Shown piece by piece: positions 63,961-64,000 of a stretch of 64,000 bases of DNA. Both the position numbers and the translations under genes were made by a program. A model generated the notes under the pieces. The model saw only the letters and a list, made by a program, of their open reading frames with translations, did not search any database and was not told where the DNA came from. Position 1 is the first letter of the stretch. Every line of letters begins with the position of its first letter. Source of the DNA: an uncultured Ktedonobacterales bacterium (lineage in GTDB: Bacteria; Chloroflexota; Ktedonobacteria; Ktedonobacterales; DATBGS01); NCBI GenBank assembly GCA_964522745.1, contig CAZFWN010000008.1:5203-69202 (forward strand). Reading direction: 5' to 3'.

Positions 63961-64000
63961 GCTTCCTCCGCCTCTCCGGCTGCCTTCGCTCCTGTCCATG

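Overview
A 64-kb chromosomal segment from a moderately GC-rich bacterium. All calls come from reading the ORF translations and the DNA by eye, with no database search. SARP- and LuxR-type STAND regulators, a sortase, a mycothiol-type DinB enzyme, an ECF sigma/anti-sigma pair and IS607/TnpB suggest a Chloroflexota- or Actinomycetota-like organism, but the taxon cannot be determined here. Most of the window is ordinary housekeeping and metabolism: SufT-like, HAD, thrC-like, rpsU, tRNA-Val, ddl, ppdK, tilS-hpt, glpK, GH35, an acyl-CoA dehydrogenase, several SDR/GNAT/hydrolase genes, and ECF sigma/anti-sigma/TlpA. Many long ORFs in the track are antisense artefacts of GC-rich coding DNA. Several real genes carry false N-terminal extensions, and I re-set those starts where an RBS plus start codon is visible. 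Points worth a second look are: (1) a degenerate 39-42-nt tandem repeat array closed by a 17-bp-stem terminator, just upstream of an orphan HEPN gene with its own near-consensus promoter, which resembles a type III toxin-antitoxin layout; (2) a roughly 97-bp element of five stacked hairpins, present twice, whose interior is inverted relative to its terminal hairpins; (3) an IS607-type element with intact TnpA and TnpB and an expected omega-RNA abutting a LuxR-STAND regulator; (4) a ROK-regulated sugar-acid cluster containing a LarA (nickel-pincer) homologue with cofactor-binding residues conserved; (5) a UvrD-like helicase with a RelE/ParE-like N-terminal domain, next to a 25-bp-arm perfect palindrome; (6) a thrC-like / pseudo-receiver / divergent AhcY-like operon; (7) a MurF-like ligase with a polytopic membrane N-terminus near an NSAR-GNAT-ddl group. 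No CRISPR array or rRNA gene was seen.
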